DNA of 64,000 nt, taken from contig NC_043004.1 in the NCBI RefSeq assembly GCF_006345805.1, forward strand, positions 31,744,001 to 31,808,000, given 5' to 3'. This stretch comes from Octopus sinensis (Eukaryota). Shown here piece after piece: positions 45,150 through 58,440 of the stretch. Position 1 is the stretch's first letter. Each line of letters begins with the position of its first letter. The notes under the pieces were generated by a model. That model saw nothing but the letters and a program-made list of their open reading frames with translations, did no database searches and was not told the DNA's origin. Made by a program: the position numbers and the translations under genes.

Positions 45150-48100
45150 GTAGGTATTTTTTTTATCAGTAAGGACATCCCACAATCATACATGTTTCTC
45201 TCTTAGTTCAATTGTCTCTGCTATTATCTTAGCTCTCAGATCACATTTTCAATATTTTTCTAATGCTTCATCTTCTGAGTTTTTTTCCATGATCTCCTTT
45301 CAACAACTGATAAACACACCTTGAATTCAAATGGATTTTATCCTCATTAACATCATCAACTGTAACAAACCTTACCTAAATTCAAAATGAAATTTATTCA
45401 CATTTAGTTAATATCTAATGTATTTATTTTTTGTATTTCATCTAAGTATTGTTACAGATATGAATTAATGTAGGTTTAGTTGTTACCTCTAAGAGGGATT
45501 TTCTTTAATTCTGGATGACTTATTTGTTGCTTATGTATCCTCACTTGTTCACATTGGGAGTTTCTGGTCTGGCTGATGTAATTTTCCTTACAGTCAGGGC
45601 AGGTTATACAATATGCGAGATTTTCTGTTTTGTTTCTTTTTTTTATATAGAATATGTAATTTGTAATCCTAATATTTGATAATTTTATGAAGATGTCCAA
45701 GAATGGTAGTCCTTTGCTGCTAGCTTCCATTATAAATTTAACTCTTTTATTTTGTTGTAGTCTCTGAGTTTTCTATTTGTTCTGTATCTTCCCTTTCATC
45801 TTCCTCCATCTCCTTTTATGCATATTAATCCTTCAGCATTGCCTCAGGAAATTTTAGACATTTTATATCTCTATAGACAAGATATCTACATTGCTTCTGA
45901 CTGATTTTTCTATCATCACTATATTTCACTGTACCCTACCAAAATCCTGTATTCCTAAACATACATACATACGTACACACACGTGCACAAACACACACAC
46001 ACACACACACACGCACGCACGCACGCACGCGCACACACACACACACACACACATGCACACACACACACGCACACACATACGCACACACACAGATTTAGTA
46101 GTGCTCAAATGATTCAAACTTAAACTCTAATGTCTTTACAGGAGATTAATTCTACAGGGTAAAGAATTGCTATAACAGGGATCAAGTTGAGCAGATACAG
46201 AGGCAATTGCCTCCACATCTGCTCAACTTGATCCCTGTTATAGTCATTCTTTATCCTGTGGAATTGATCTCCTGTAAAGACACCAGAGTTTAAGTTTGAA
46301 TCATTTGAGCACTACTAAGTGTCTTCTATAATGAGAATCCCTGGATCTCACTTGTTGACTTTACATATACACACATGCATACATACATACATGGTGATTG
46401 TTCCCTTTTCAGAAATGACCGCTGTCTCTTTGTGCTTCCTCATTGTCAACAGTGTTTCTGACTTGCTAGCCATGACCTCTCATTTGACTCTTCAGTTCCA
46501 TTGCAGAGAGCATTGATGACAGACAAAAGTTGTAACATACTGCTTTCTGTTTAATCATATTTGTATGCATGTTTGAGTGACTTTGTTGTAAACACTTTGA
46601 TACCATAAACAATGGCTTGTCCATCTTTCATTTTATAGATGTGCGTGTGTGTGTGCGTGCGTGTGTGTGTGCATGTGTGCACATGTGGGTGGGTGTGTGA
46701 GAAGCGGGATGTATCTCTGCGTTTATATCTCTGCTTCTCAGAGAATTACTGATCTCTCATTCATTTTCACTGTCTGCCACTAAATCACTGATTTTTACCT
46801 TCAAAGATGAGTGAAGTAAGAAATAGGTAAGGATTAGCAACAGGAAGGGCATCCAGTTGTAAAACATCGCCACAATAGCATACTTATGTGATCCATGTGA
46901 GAGTGGAAACACAGACATAACAATGAAAAAGAATACATACATACAATGTGTGTGTGTGTGTGTATTTATATATGTACATATATCTATGTATGTACATATA
47001 TTTATGTATGTAAACTGTTCGTCGGACAGTTTTATTTAGTATGGAACAAAAATAAGTTTATAAGCAAACATATACAATTAGTTTAATGGATACACATTGG
47101 AAAATGGTTTTCTTTCATTGCTCCTTTCAATTAACGGTTTTTACAATGACCGGTTGCATGCAATGAACAAATTTTGGTATAAAATCATCTTATTATAAAA
47201 TCGAAGAAAACCTTAAATCAAAAGAATGACAGAGTCAAAATACCCAGGATAAATAATTATTTGTAAAATATTAATCAATTAATATATTAAAAGTTATATC
47301 CATTTAAAAAATCAGGCAAAATGCTTGATTGGAGGCCTAACTTTCTGAGTTCTTTTATAGGACTTAGAAAAACTGAAGGATAGCTACAATAAGTGTGAGA
47401 ATCTGAGAGAGGAATATGTTGAATAAAATCATAATTTCCTAATACTCCTGTATTTCATTTTACCCAAACCCAAGAACTTTCCACCACCCCCTTGTATGAT
47501 TTGATGTTCATCCTTGATATTTCAATCTTTCCAACATAGGTTGCCACTGGATGTGGGAAATTGCTGGAATGTTAGTTAATGGTTCTGCTGAATATAACCC
47601 AGATAGCAAATTGACTGCAATGATAGAATGTGCAAGCCGCGACCAACTAGACCAGCTTCCATCACCCAGAGTTCTAAACAACCACCTGTTCTTGCATCAT
47701 TTACCTAGAGAGATATTTACCAAAAAACCTAAAATGATTTTCATGACACGCAACCCTCGTGATATTGCTGCCTCTGCCTACTACCATACATTTCAGCTTA
47801 AGAAACTATATGAATATGATGGAGATTGGAATGGCTTCTTTGAATTGTTTTTTGAAGGGAAAGGTGAGTATAATGTTTTGTTCAGTCATTTTAAAAATTT
47901 TTTCTGAAGATAAGTTTATTTCGCAAATCATCATCATCACCACCACAACTACCACTCTCATCATTATCATCTCATTGTCATTTATATCACTTACTGTAGA
48001 TTTCTGTCCTTCATTTAGGATAAGCTGACAAATTATCTTAGTTATCTTTAACATACACTTGTGACACAACACTTTATTTTTAGCTCTATCAACGGCTGGA

Positions 48101-51100
48101 AATTCATCCATCAACCTAGATAGGGTTATAGCAATGTCACTGTTACACACACACGCATACACACACAATTACATGCACACATATTCACACACATATTTAC
48201 ACGGAAATAAATAAGAGTACAATAAAACACAATACTTAAAACTAAAATTGAAGAAATATTGAAAGATTTTCTGGTTAATTTGAGTTAAGTACTACACCCA
48301 TTCACATAACCATTTCTCAAATTGTATTTGAGTGCAACCAAATATGCAAATAAGCATTTGATGCTGAAAGACAACAATTTCTTGAGAGCATTGCTTTTTT
48401 AGTTTGAAATGATGTCTAAATTTTAATTTTACTAGAAAATTTTTCTTTTGCATCTGGTTTCAGTTCTGAATTTAATTATATTTTTGTCATTTAATCCCTT
48501 CAGTGAGTTGTGGTATCGCTGATGTGTAATTTGGATGTATAACTATTTGATTTTCAAAGAACAAGGAATTCTAGTTTATCTTCATCTACATTTTCTTGAG
48601 GAGAGATTTCATAGCTGTTTAGAAAAAATTGTTTCTCCTCACGTGTTTTTATTGTTTTACGTCAAAACCATTTTACAATTTTTTTCTCCTTTTTCTCTTC
48701 ATATTTTCATCTGTAATTATTTCTTCCTCATCACATGATGAAGATGCTGTATGACATGTTGGTAACATCAAAGGATGAGGTATTTGTTCATCTGTTTTTG
48801 TTCCTCTATTTTTTACACTGTTGCTGCTGATTTCCGTTATTTATGATGTCCTCTTTTTGTTTTTGCTTAGTCTTCTTCACAGTTCTTCAGAGCTTTTTAC
48901 TCTAACAATTATATAACTAGGCTTTCTACCCTGTATCATTAATATCACACCCTTTGTCTCAGCACCTTCTACTGGACGTAGCTCTGCTATGTTTCTGTGA
49001 CTTTCAAGGAACATTAGGACTTGCAAATTAATTTTGATGTCCCCTGACAACATCTTTCCTTTGTTGGCTGATTCTGACCACTTGTCCTTACTGCAATACA
49101 AAATCATGGCTAGCCATGGATCTAAGTTGTTTCCATTGTCTCTTATTGAGACTCTTGTATTTGTTTGACCTATATACTCTGGCATAAATGTATAATCAGA
49201 GGTATGTTTTTTTTAAATTTAAGCCTGTGTTTTGGCTGTGCTTTTAGGTTTAAATGCACCACAAAAGTGCCATAGCTTTTATTTATTATTATTTTTTTTT
49301 CAGTTGAGAGAATTTCTCCTGAAGAGCTTGTTGTACTGTTTAATGTGAAAACTCAAGTTTTCTTTCATCCTTTTTGTAGGCAGCGATATCTATTGTTTGC
49401 CTCTAATATCTCCTTGATTTTATTCCATCGGAATAAATTGCTGCTGGTTTTTACAAAATTCTCCCACCTACAACATCAATAATTTTCTTTTATTATTTAT
49501 TGCTATGTTGGAATCATTGTAACAATACTTTTTTTGCTTTCACTTGTCTTTTCTATCTTGGAGCAATAGTGCTATCTGGAAGGGCTCCACACTTCTCCAA
49601 TTTCATTTGTATTGTAGATGACATAATGGTTGTAGATCCTTTGAATTTCTGATAATGCAATAGAAAAGAAAAGAAACCAAAGCCATGACATGCAGGTGAA
49701 TACAATCTGGTTGCATATACCATGATTTTGCTAATTGTTTTAGGTGCCTAACTAATCATGAGAAGACATAGACTCCTTCACAGTCCTCTCACCCTTGGCT
49801 CAGTAGAACATCCAGGACGGGACAGCTGGAGGGATGACTCATTTTAAGCTGAATAAACTGGAGCAACGTGAAATGAAATGCTTTGCTCAAGGATATAGTG
49901 TGCTACCCATTCCAGGAATCAAACTTACAACTTTATGTTCATGAGCCCAACACTCTAATCACCAGGCCACAACTGCGCTTCCCAACACATTTAGATTTGA
50001 ATTTTTTTATCTCATAATGAAGCTTCTTGAATGTGTTAGTTTACAACTGGACAGCTATTCACTCAATAGTTAAACTCTTCTCTGGTTATATGTATTATTA
50101 TGTCTTTGATTTTCTCTAACAGAATCAGTTCAGATAATGGAATGTCTCTGGACCTAACGTTGGTGAATTGTTATGATTATACTCTCCGCCTTTATGCCAG
50201 CTTCTTTTCCAAATATTTACCTTTTCTCTTTTGATTTACATTACATTGATCTGTTGTTATAATTTCTTCTTTCTTTGAGGTCAGACTGGATATTTAGGAT
50301 TGAAAACATCCCAAATTCTTTGTCACCCTTGCCTTCGATATTTTCTGGTCTAGTAGGGTAACTGCTTTATACTGGTTAGCAATTAACAAGTCAATGATTT
50401 TTCTATCTTCTCTCTAAGTCAGTTATAAATGAATGTGATTTTAATGTCAATCCACACACCTTATACATGCCAAAGAATGACATGTAAGGTTACTCAGTCT
50501 TAGGAATGTTAAATTCATTTCTCTATAGAACAATAACTCTATATAAATACATAATTTACATATGTTCCACCCAATCCAATCTATTTCTTAAATGATATGT
50601 ATTAGTGTTAAAGATGTTTGGCTTATCTCTTTTGATATGCTTCAATTCTTTTAACTGTTCTTCAATTATCAACGGCTAAAACAGATTCATGTCTCAATGA
50701 TTGTCATGTTATGTTACTATTTATTCCATAAAACACCATCTATATATTCATAATGTAATTATGTTCCACCCATTCTAAGATATTTTGATATATGGACTTT
50801 GATTCAAGTTCATATGTCAATTAAATACATTGAAATAGTAAAAATATAATTATCCACTCTACAGTTAAAATGGATTTGGATCCAATGTTTCTATGCAGAG
50901 CTGGTCTTCTAAAGAATGGGTGGCAGGTGGTGATACAACTGCTATTTATAGTGGTCACTTGTGATGTAATTGGACTCCTACCAGATGAATCAGCAATTGC
51001 AGACCTAACTGTGGTATGCTACTGGGGAAGATGGACCAATGGGTATCATTGTTGGCTAAAATGAAATGAAAAGAAGAAAGTTTTTTTAGAGAATAGCATT

Positions 51101-52621
51101 AGTCTTCTCCAGTCCATAAGTTGGACACCTTTATGTCAGCAATTCCAAGAGAGGCATCTTCCACTCAATTCCATTTAATATTGAAAAAAATAAAACCCTC
51201 CTTCAATTTCTAGGTATAAACAAAAAAGGATGTGGAGAAAAGCATCCATTACACTCTTTGAGTGGTTGGTGTTAGGAAGGGCACCCAGCCATAGAAACCA
51301 TGTTAAATCAGATGGGACCTGGTGCAGCTCTCCAGCTTACCAGTTTCAGTCAAAACCATTTAACCCATGGAAAGCAGACACTAAATAATAATGAATATTC
51401 ATGAAAATAAAGCTAATTTTTAAATGCATTGTTAGTGAGACTGATATAAACTTTAAAAGTGCTAACAATGGTAAGATTACACTTATAAAGGACATTCTTA
51501 GTTAAACAATTAGAATCGAGTGAGTATAGACTAGATACCCATTACAATTGTAGTTCAATGTGGGAGGATTATTAACAGAGTAAAGTTTAAACAAGTTTGA
51601 AGATGTAATGTTATTTATAAAGTGAAAGGAGCAGAATGAGTCAGTTTAACTTTCTTTTTTAATTATTTTTAAAGGTACATGGGTATAAATGCTCAAAGAG
51701 AAATCCTTTTTTTTTTTTAGGTTAGAAAAGAAAAATGTTGGCAAGAAACAGACTGAAAGAAGAATTATCCCAACACAGTCTATGCTATCTTTTGTTCTAT
51801 CAATTTTAAAACCATATTGAAATTTTTCACAATATACACTATGAGCTACAGCATTGTAACAATAGTGAGAATGATCTTTTAAAAACTCATTTTAAAATAT
51901 GAAATGATAATTATTGATAACACATTTAGAGAGATTAGAAATTCATTAGGTTTATTATTTTTGTAATATAAACCATTATAAAGGCTGAGTGTCAAATTCA
52001 GGAAATTTAATTGATCCTGTCAATTGTGGTAGGTTCTGGTTTATTTGTTTTAATCTTTAGTTAATGCATCAAAGACAAATGGATGGTATGATTCTTTATC
52101 AAGATGGTACAAATTAACTGTCTTATTTGATTGTATATGAATAGCCTTAGAATTCTCTATATTTTTGGTCTTGCTGTGTAGATCTTGGGGAAAAGAACTG
52201 TTTCCCTCCAAACTTAATGTTTAATGAAGTCAGTGACTTTCTGTAATGAACTTGTCAGTTTGGAATGACAATAGTCTTCATGGAAATATCTAAATATTGT
52301 TTCTGCATAGTTGAGACATAGACAAAAGGACACAATTATAATCCATTCACTCAAGAAAAGGAGAGAATGAATTATAATGACTGGTTCATGAATTATATCT
52401 GAGAGGAGAGTGACTAAAACAAAAGAGCAATATTAGAAAGAGTTGACATATTGGTAAAGCAAAGTCAGTTTATATAGAATAGGAATAAAGGGTTGATAAA
52501 ATTTAAAAAGAAGAGGCAAAATATAAAGACAGATACAGGCACAGATAATATATTCATACAGAAACAGATTAACTTGTACACTAACAGACAAATACACAGA
52601 AATATATACACAGAAATATAG

Positions 52622-52683
<62 letters not shown>

Positions 52684-54724
52684 ACATACACACAAAAGTA
52701 CATCTGACTCAATATATACACAATTTGATGAATACATGAATATCCTCACACATAAATGAATAAGTACACATCTAGTCACACTCACTGAAAATCTATGTTG
52801 CATTGTTTCAGTGAATTACGGTAGCTGGTTTGAATATATGCTCCAGTGGGAGAAGGACATTAATGACCATCCTGAACTACCCATTTTGATAGTTAAATAT
52901 GAAGACCTCAAAAAGGTGAAATATCTTTTGTTTACTAAAAGCTGAAATTTATTTTGCTGTTTCATGGTGTGTATGTATCTTTTTACAATTTATATGTTAA
53001 AACTGTACTAAAATAGTTACTTTGCTGATATTTCATAGTGTTTGTATGTGTAATGTTTTTTTTTTATATTTACTTTAGGATCCAGTTGGCAATGTAGCTA
53101 AAGTGGCTGAGTTTTTAGGCCTTCCTAAAAATGACCAACTTTTTAAAGATATTGCTGACAAATGTACTTTTGGCAAAATGAAGGCAGCAAAATATTCTCA
53201 GCTTGAATTCCTTCGAACACCGACAAAAACATTGTTTCGTAAAGGTACAATCTTTGCTTTATATTTTCACTAGATTTATTATCATCATCATCATTTTAGC
53301 ATTTCTTTTTCCATGCTTGTGTAGGTTAAATGGAATTTATTGAGATAAGGTTTTCAACAGTCATATGCCCTTTCTATCAACAGTCTTCACCTGTTTCCAA
53401 GCAAATAATATTTCCCCATAGCCAGACATGTTTTTCATAGAAAACTGGAAGCAAACAACATTACTTGTCTGATATTGATGCTTGTTTACAATCAACATGT
53501 GATGTCTAGAAAATGTGTTATACTCTCTGTGCTAACTAAATCTCTCAGTAAGAACGAGACAAAATTAAAATGGACAAATCACAGCCTAACAGAACTAAAC
53601 ATCAGATCAAATGCCTTGGGTTATTTGCTGGAGCTCTCTAAATTCTGTGTTCAAATCCTAACATAGCCTACTCAGGTAGTAGAATTAATCCACTAGCCAG
53701 TCTAACACCATCACGAGGCACCTTGGGTCAGTCACTTTAGAAGATTCCACTCGGGTGTAAGTATTCAGTCAAGTTTTCCAGTTTGAGGACAGCTTCTTCC
53801 TTCTTTCCTCCAAGCTTCAGACTTTAGCTTTAGAGAGCTGCAGCAAATAACCCAAGGCATTTGATCTGATGTTTAGTTTTGTTAGGCTGTGATTTGTCCA
53901 TTTTAATTTTGTCTTGTTCTTACTGAGAGATTTAGGTAGTACAGAGGGTATAACACATTTTAGCATTCAGATTACTCTGCCAAATGCAATGCTTATTTAT
54001 TCACATTGTTTTGAATTTATCCTGCATTATCTCATAACTTTGAGAGTTTGGTGATGTGATTGTTTATTTTTAGAAAGACATTGTAGGGTAGGTGTGAAAG
54101 GCCAGATTTGGCCAGTCTGAACATAAAACAGGTAGAATATTTGGGCCAGACATGGCCAGTTTAAGTTCTACAGCATTAACGGTACTGCTTCCCCTCTTGG
54201 ATTGATTGAAACCCTATAGAAGCCTGTTGGGCAGATTGTGCCTTTAATTCAAAGGTAGTTTTGTCACAATGCTCACATTGATTTCAGCCAGAGAATTACA
54301 CTAATGGTACTCATGTCTGTGGAATACTCAGCCACTTACATTTCAGCAGACATGTAATTCACTTGATCAAACAACTGAATCCTCATCATAAAAACTAATG
54401 GAGAATCACCAGTCCATCCATCCATCCATTCAGCCATCCATCCATTCAGCCATCCATCCATCCAACCAACCAACCTTTTGGTATTGACCATATTACAGTA
54501 TTTAATATTACTCTGATTGGCAACTGAGTTCATATTAGAGAAGGTGTATAAAAGACAGTTTCTACTTATTATAGACATGAAATTCTTACAGTTAAAGTCT
54601 CTTGTATTTTACAGGTGTTGTTGGTGACTGGAAGAATTGGTTCACAGTTTCTCAGAATGAGAGGTTCCAAGTGGAATGTGACAAATTTGACAAGCAGTCT
54701 ACGTTGTTTAGTACAAAGTACTAA
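44984..54724 (+). CDS. SULT: Cytosolic (SULT1-like) PAPS-dependent sulfotransferase, 5 coding exons, 870 nt, 289 aa: join(44984..45149,47540..47863,52812..52915,53079..53244,54615..54724)
   Basis: All introns are GT-AG with consistent phases (1,1,0,1). Motifs: GYFKAGCHW (5'-PSB loop), PSPRVLNNH (catalytic His), RNPRDIAAS (3'-PB), [18 protein letters not shown] and [13 protein letters not shown]. An acceptor at 44961-44963 implies an upstream 5'UTR exon. Confidence 0.92.
45300..45760 (-). mobile_element. Penelope-like element relic (RT thumb + GIY-YIG endonuclease, internally deleted) in intron 1
   Basis: [10 protein letters not shown] followed by [20 protein letters not shown]...RIH (45476-45730). 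Confidence 0.65.
46095..46318. repeat. Palindrome (~110-bp arms) in SULT intron 1
   Basis: ttagtagtgctcaaatgattcaaac...gaggcaattgcctc...gtttgaatcatttgagcactactaa. Confidence 0.9.
47540..47863 (+). CDS. Sulfotransferase coding exon 2
   Basis: Acceptor tag at 47537-47539; GCHWMWEI...FFELFFEGK; donor gtgagt at 47864. Confidence 0.92.
52812..52915 (+). CDS. Sulfotransferase coding exon 3
   Basis: [15 protein letters not shown]...VKYEDLKK; donor gtgaaa at 52916. Confidence 0.9.
53079..53244 (+). CDS. Sulfotransferase coding exon 4
   Basis: [14 protein letters not shown]...CTFGKMK...LFRK/G; donor gtacaa at 53245. Confidence 0.9.
53525..53946. mobile_element. MITE-like element with ~118-bp inverted arms in SULT intron 4
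   Basis: ctctgtgctaactaaatctctcagtaagaac...gagctctctaaa pairs with tttagagagctgc...gttcttactgagagatttaggtagtacagag. Confidence 0.8.
54615..54724 (+). CDS. Sulfotransferase coding exon 5 (terminal)
   Basis: [18 protein letters not shown]...STKY*; TAA at 54722-54724. Confidence 0.92.
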
Positions 54725-55872
54725 ATATCACTTTAGTATTGTTATGAGTTTCTCATAAACACCTTTATATTGCATGTGTTAATATGTTTAATATCTTTAC
54801 TGACATCTCAAAAATCGCTTCATTACTATATATATTGAAAATATTTTAAAATTCTTAGTTTAATGATGATGATGATGATGGTAGTGGTGGTGGTGGTGGT
54901 GATTGTGGTGATGATGATGTGCTTATTGTATACAGAGCTCAGATACACTACAACTTATCAGAGAAGGATAAAAAAGGAGGCAAAAAGCAACAATAAGTCA
55001 AGTAAAGAAAGACATCAATGACAAGCAAAAGTGTATGCATAACACACAGAGTAAAACTCAAGAAGACAGATAAGTAAACAGCAAAAGAGTCGTAAAGAGG
55101 AACGGGTTTATAGGCATGTCAGGAGTAGTGCAGGGGAAATTCGGGAAGAATGGAGTTTTTGAAGAATGCAATGTCCTGACAGCAAACAACTGCTACAAGG
55201 CGTTTATTAAACACTTTTGAATTTGAAAAAAAAATGTTAATGGAAAAGATAATTAAGAACAAACTCTTATATTTCTTTTATATCTCATGTGATATAAAGG
55301 TGATGAGCTGGCAGAATTGTTGCCTCACTGGGAAAATGCTTACTGACATTTCTTCAGACTTTCCATTCTGAGTTCAAATGCCATTAGCGTTGAGTTTGCT
55401 TTTCATCATTTTGAGGCCTATAAAATAAGTACCAGTTGAGCATTGTGGTTGATGTAATTGACTTGCACCCTCCTCCACAATTGCTGGCCTTGTATTAAAA
55501 ATCTGAAACCAATATGTTTAATATCTTCATTGATATTTAATAATTACTTACTTCCTATATATCTAGAACATATTTTAATATTCACCATTTCAAATTGTTA
55601 GGTTTTTATGTTATATCAGAGAAGAGTCACTTAAGAATAAATAAGCTCTTCTACTCACATCCCATTTATTTCTTGAGTTGTCACCATTTTTCTCAAACTA
55701 CCATGCTGGCTTGGGTTAGTTGAGTTGTTGCAATCCAAGACAGTTCTTCTCTGCTCAATCCAGGAAGAGGAGGAGGAAAACAGTGACAACAGCAGTGGTG
55801 GCAGCAATAATGATGACAATGATGATACTAATGTAGATGATGTAATGAAATGTTTAATTTATTTCTTGAGAT

Positions 55873-56263
55873 AGGAGTGGCTGGGTGGTAAGTAGCTTGC
55901 CTTACGAACCACATGGTTCCGGGTTCAGTCCCACTGCGTGGCACCTTGGGCAAGTATCTTCTACTATAGCTTCAGGCCGACCAAAGCCTTGTGAGTTGAT
56001 TTGATAGACAGAAACTGAAAGAAGCCCATCGTATATATGTATATATATATGTGTGTGTTTGTGTGTCTGTGTTTGTACCCCCAACATCGCTTGACAACCG
56101 ATGCTGGTGTGTTTACTTCTCCGTAACTTAGCAGTTCGGCAAAAGAGACCGATAGAAAAAGTACTAGGCTTACAAAGCATAAGTCCTGGAATCGATTTGC
56201 TTGACTAAAGCCGGTGCTCCAGTATGGCCACAGTCAAATAACTGAAACCAGTAAAATAGTAAA
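55873..56263 (+). mobile_element. tRNA-derived SINE, near full length; other copies at ~44230-44460 and ~57205-57435
   Basis: A-box-like ggagtggctgggtgg and B-box-like ggttcagtccc, then ggcaccttgggcaag and a central (TA/TG)n tract. Confidence 0.75.
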
Positions 56264-57069
56264 CTATAAGTAGATCAGTGACAAATTGATGTAGTCAACC
56301 TTTAATATTTTAATGGCAATTTCAAAATATTGATTAGATATGCTAGATCCAGGCTTACCACTGACTGCTATCAATGGTATTTACTGTGAAGTAAATTGTT
56401 TCAGAACAAATAATGATAATAAAAGGTGGCGAGCTGGCAGAAACGTTAGCACGTCGGGCAAAATGCGTAGCCGTATTTCGTCTGCCGTTACATTCTGAGT
56501 TCAAATTCCGCTGAGGTCGACTTTGCCTTTCATCCTTTCGGGGTCGATTAAATAAGTACCAGTTATGCACTGGGGTCAATATAATCGACTTAATCCGTTT
56601 GTCTGTCCTTGTTTGTCCTCTCTGTGTTTGGCCCCTTGTGGGTAGTAAAGAAATAGGTATTTACTGTGAAGTAATGCTATTGTTGTAATATCATCATTTA
56701 ATGTCCACCCTCCCAATAAATAAATAAAAATATTGGATTCTCGTAAGTACAATAAATAAATGCCCTTAGACAAGAATATTTTGTAATAATACAAAATATC
56801 AAATTATAATGACACTCTCGCCTCAAATATATATTTAGAACTAAACTGAAGCATTTTCTTTACAATCTATTAACAAGAAATTATGGAGTGGGTATTTTTA
56901 AAGATATGTATTTTTTACTGACATATTTGAAGAATTTATATTTTATATGATATTGTCTTTGAAAACATTTCAGACAAATAATGATAATAAAAGTAATTGA
57001 TGATGATGGTGATGATGATGATGATGATGATGATGATGACGACGACAATGACAATGATGATGACGATGA

Positions 57070-57101
<32 letters not shown>

Positions 57102-57637
57102 TATTATTATTGTATTAACTATAAACTTTTCATTAGAAAACTTATAATCTGCAACTTTAGATATGAAATACACACAAATACGTGTGCGTGTGTATGTGTG
57201 TGTGTAGGTGCAGGCATGACGGTGTGGTAAGAAGTTTGCCTTTCAACTACATGGTCCTGGTTTCAGTCCTACTGCATGGCACCTTGGGCAACTGCCTTCT
57301 GCTATAGCCTCAGGTTGATCAAAGCCTTGTGAATGGATTTGGTAGGCAGAAACAAGTACTGGGTTCGATTTGTTCAACTTAAATTCTTCAAGGCTGTACG
57401 TCAGCATGGCCATAGTCTAATGACTGAAACGAGAAAAAGGCAAAAAAAAAAATAATACATACATACATATGTGTGTGTGTATATATATATATGTAGGAAG
57501 CATCTATGATCGCTGTGTATATCAGAAATAGCAGCTAAATCTTCCTCAAACCAGACCTCTCGGTCTTATATAGGGACAGGACACAGATAATGCAATCCTT
57601 TAATAATCCCCAATATCTCTAAAAAGGTAAGATTATC

Positions 57638-57682
<45 letters not shown>

Positions 57683-57683
57683 G

Positions 57684-57715
<32 letters not shown>

Positions 57716-57994
57716 TTATATATGTATAATTATATATACCCACATATATATATATTGTTTCAATGATAGTCATTAATTTGTAATCAATCATAAAATTTTA
57801 GAATTGAAAAATAAAAAAATTTCAATCATGTCTCATTGACATTATGTGTTGTTTATTTTATCTTTATATTTGTGAACTTGAGTTTTCTTTCCTAACAAAT
57901 CTTTCCTGCATTCTTTCTGTGGTGTTTAATTATGTTTATGTAGTGACCTTATTTCTCTCTGTGTGAGGGCATGCATTTGTGTGTGTGTACATAT

Positions 57995-58440
57995 ATATAA
58001 AGTTAACCCAAACATGAAAACACAAAGAGAAAACACAACAACGCGAGGACGTGGAACAAATATAGTATTATTGGACGCTCAGGAAGGAAGGGAAGGAGGG
58101 TTTAACGTTTCAAGCGGAGCTCTTCGTCGGAAACATAGGAGAAGGAAAGATCCAGAGAAGGGAAGACAGAGGAAAAAAAATCGCCAACGGTACACACGCG
58201 GTCACATTTTGAATGACCGGAAGGGAATGGGTGAAGAAAAGTTCTTTCAAAGACAGGAGAGTGCAGGAGGAGGTATGTGTGTGTAAGTGTGGATATGTGC
58301 GTGCGCGAAGGTCTGCATGTGCGTGTATGTGTGCAATGATAACACGTGTATGCGTGTGTGTGTGGTTGTGGTTGTTAATCTTTACATGTTGTAGGGCTTA
58401 GTATTGTTTAAGGTCAAGGAAGAAGGAATTGGGAGTGGCT
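57995..58440 (-). mobile_element. Probable Penelope pLTR-like relic containing a minimal hammerhead
   Basis: Contains the HHR motif at 58100-58134. Boundaries are approximate. Confidence 0.45.
58100..58134 (-). ncRNA. Minimal hammerhead-like motif (C3:G8 with U4C)
   Basis: Minus strand reads GTTT-CCGACGA-A-GAGC-TCC-GCTT-GAAA-CGTT-AAAC. Stem I is GUUU/AAAC, stem III is the palindromic AACGTT, and the triplet is GUU. Confidence 0.5.

Noticed and set aside
48877-49185. ORF with YIGQT, a GIY-YIG-like word
   Set aside because: It is an isolated motif with no upstream GIY/VY-C element and no downstream conserved R/H/E, which is not enough to call.
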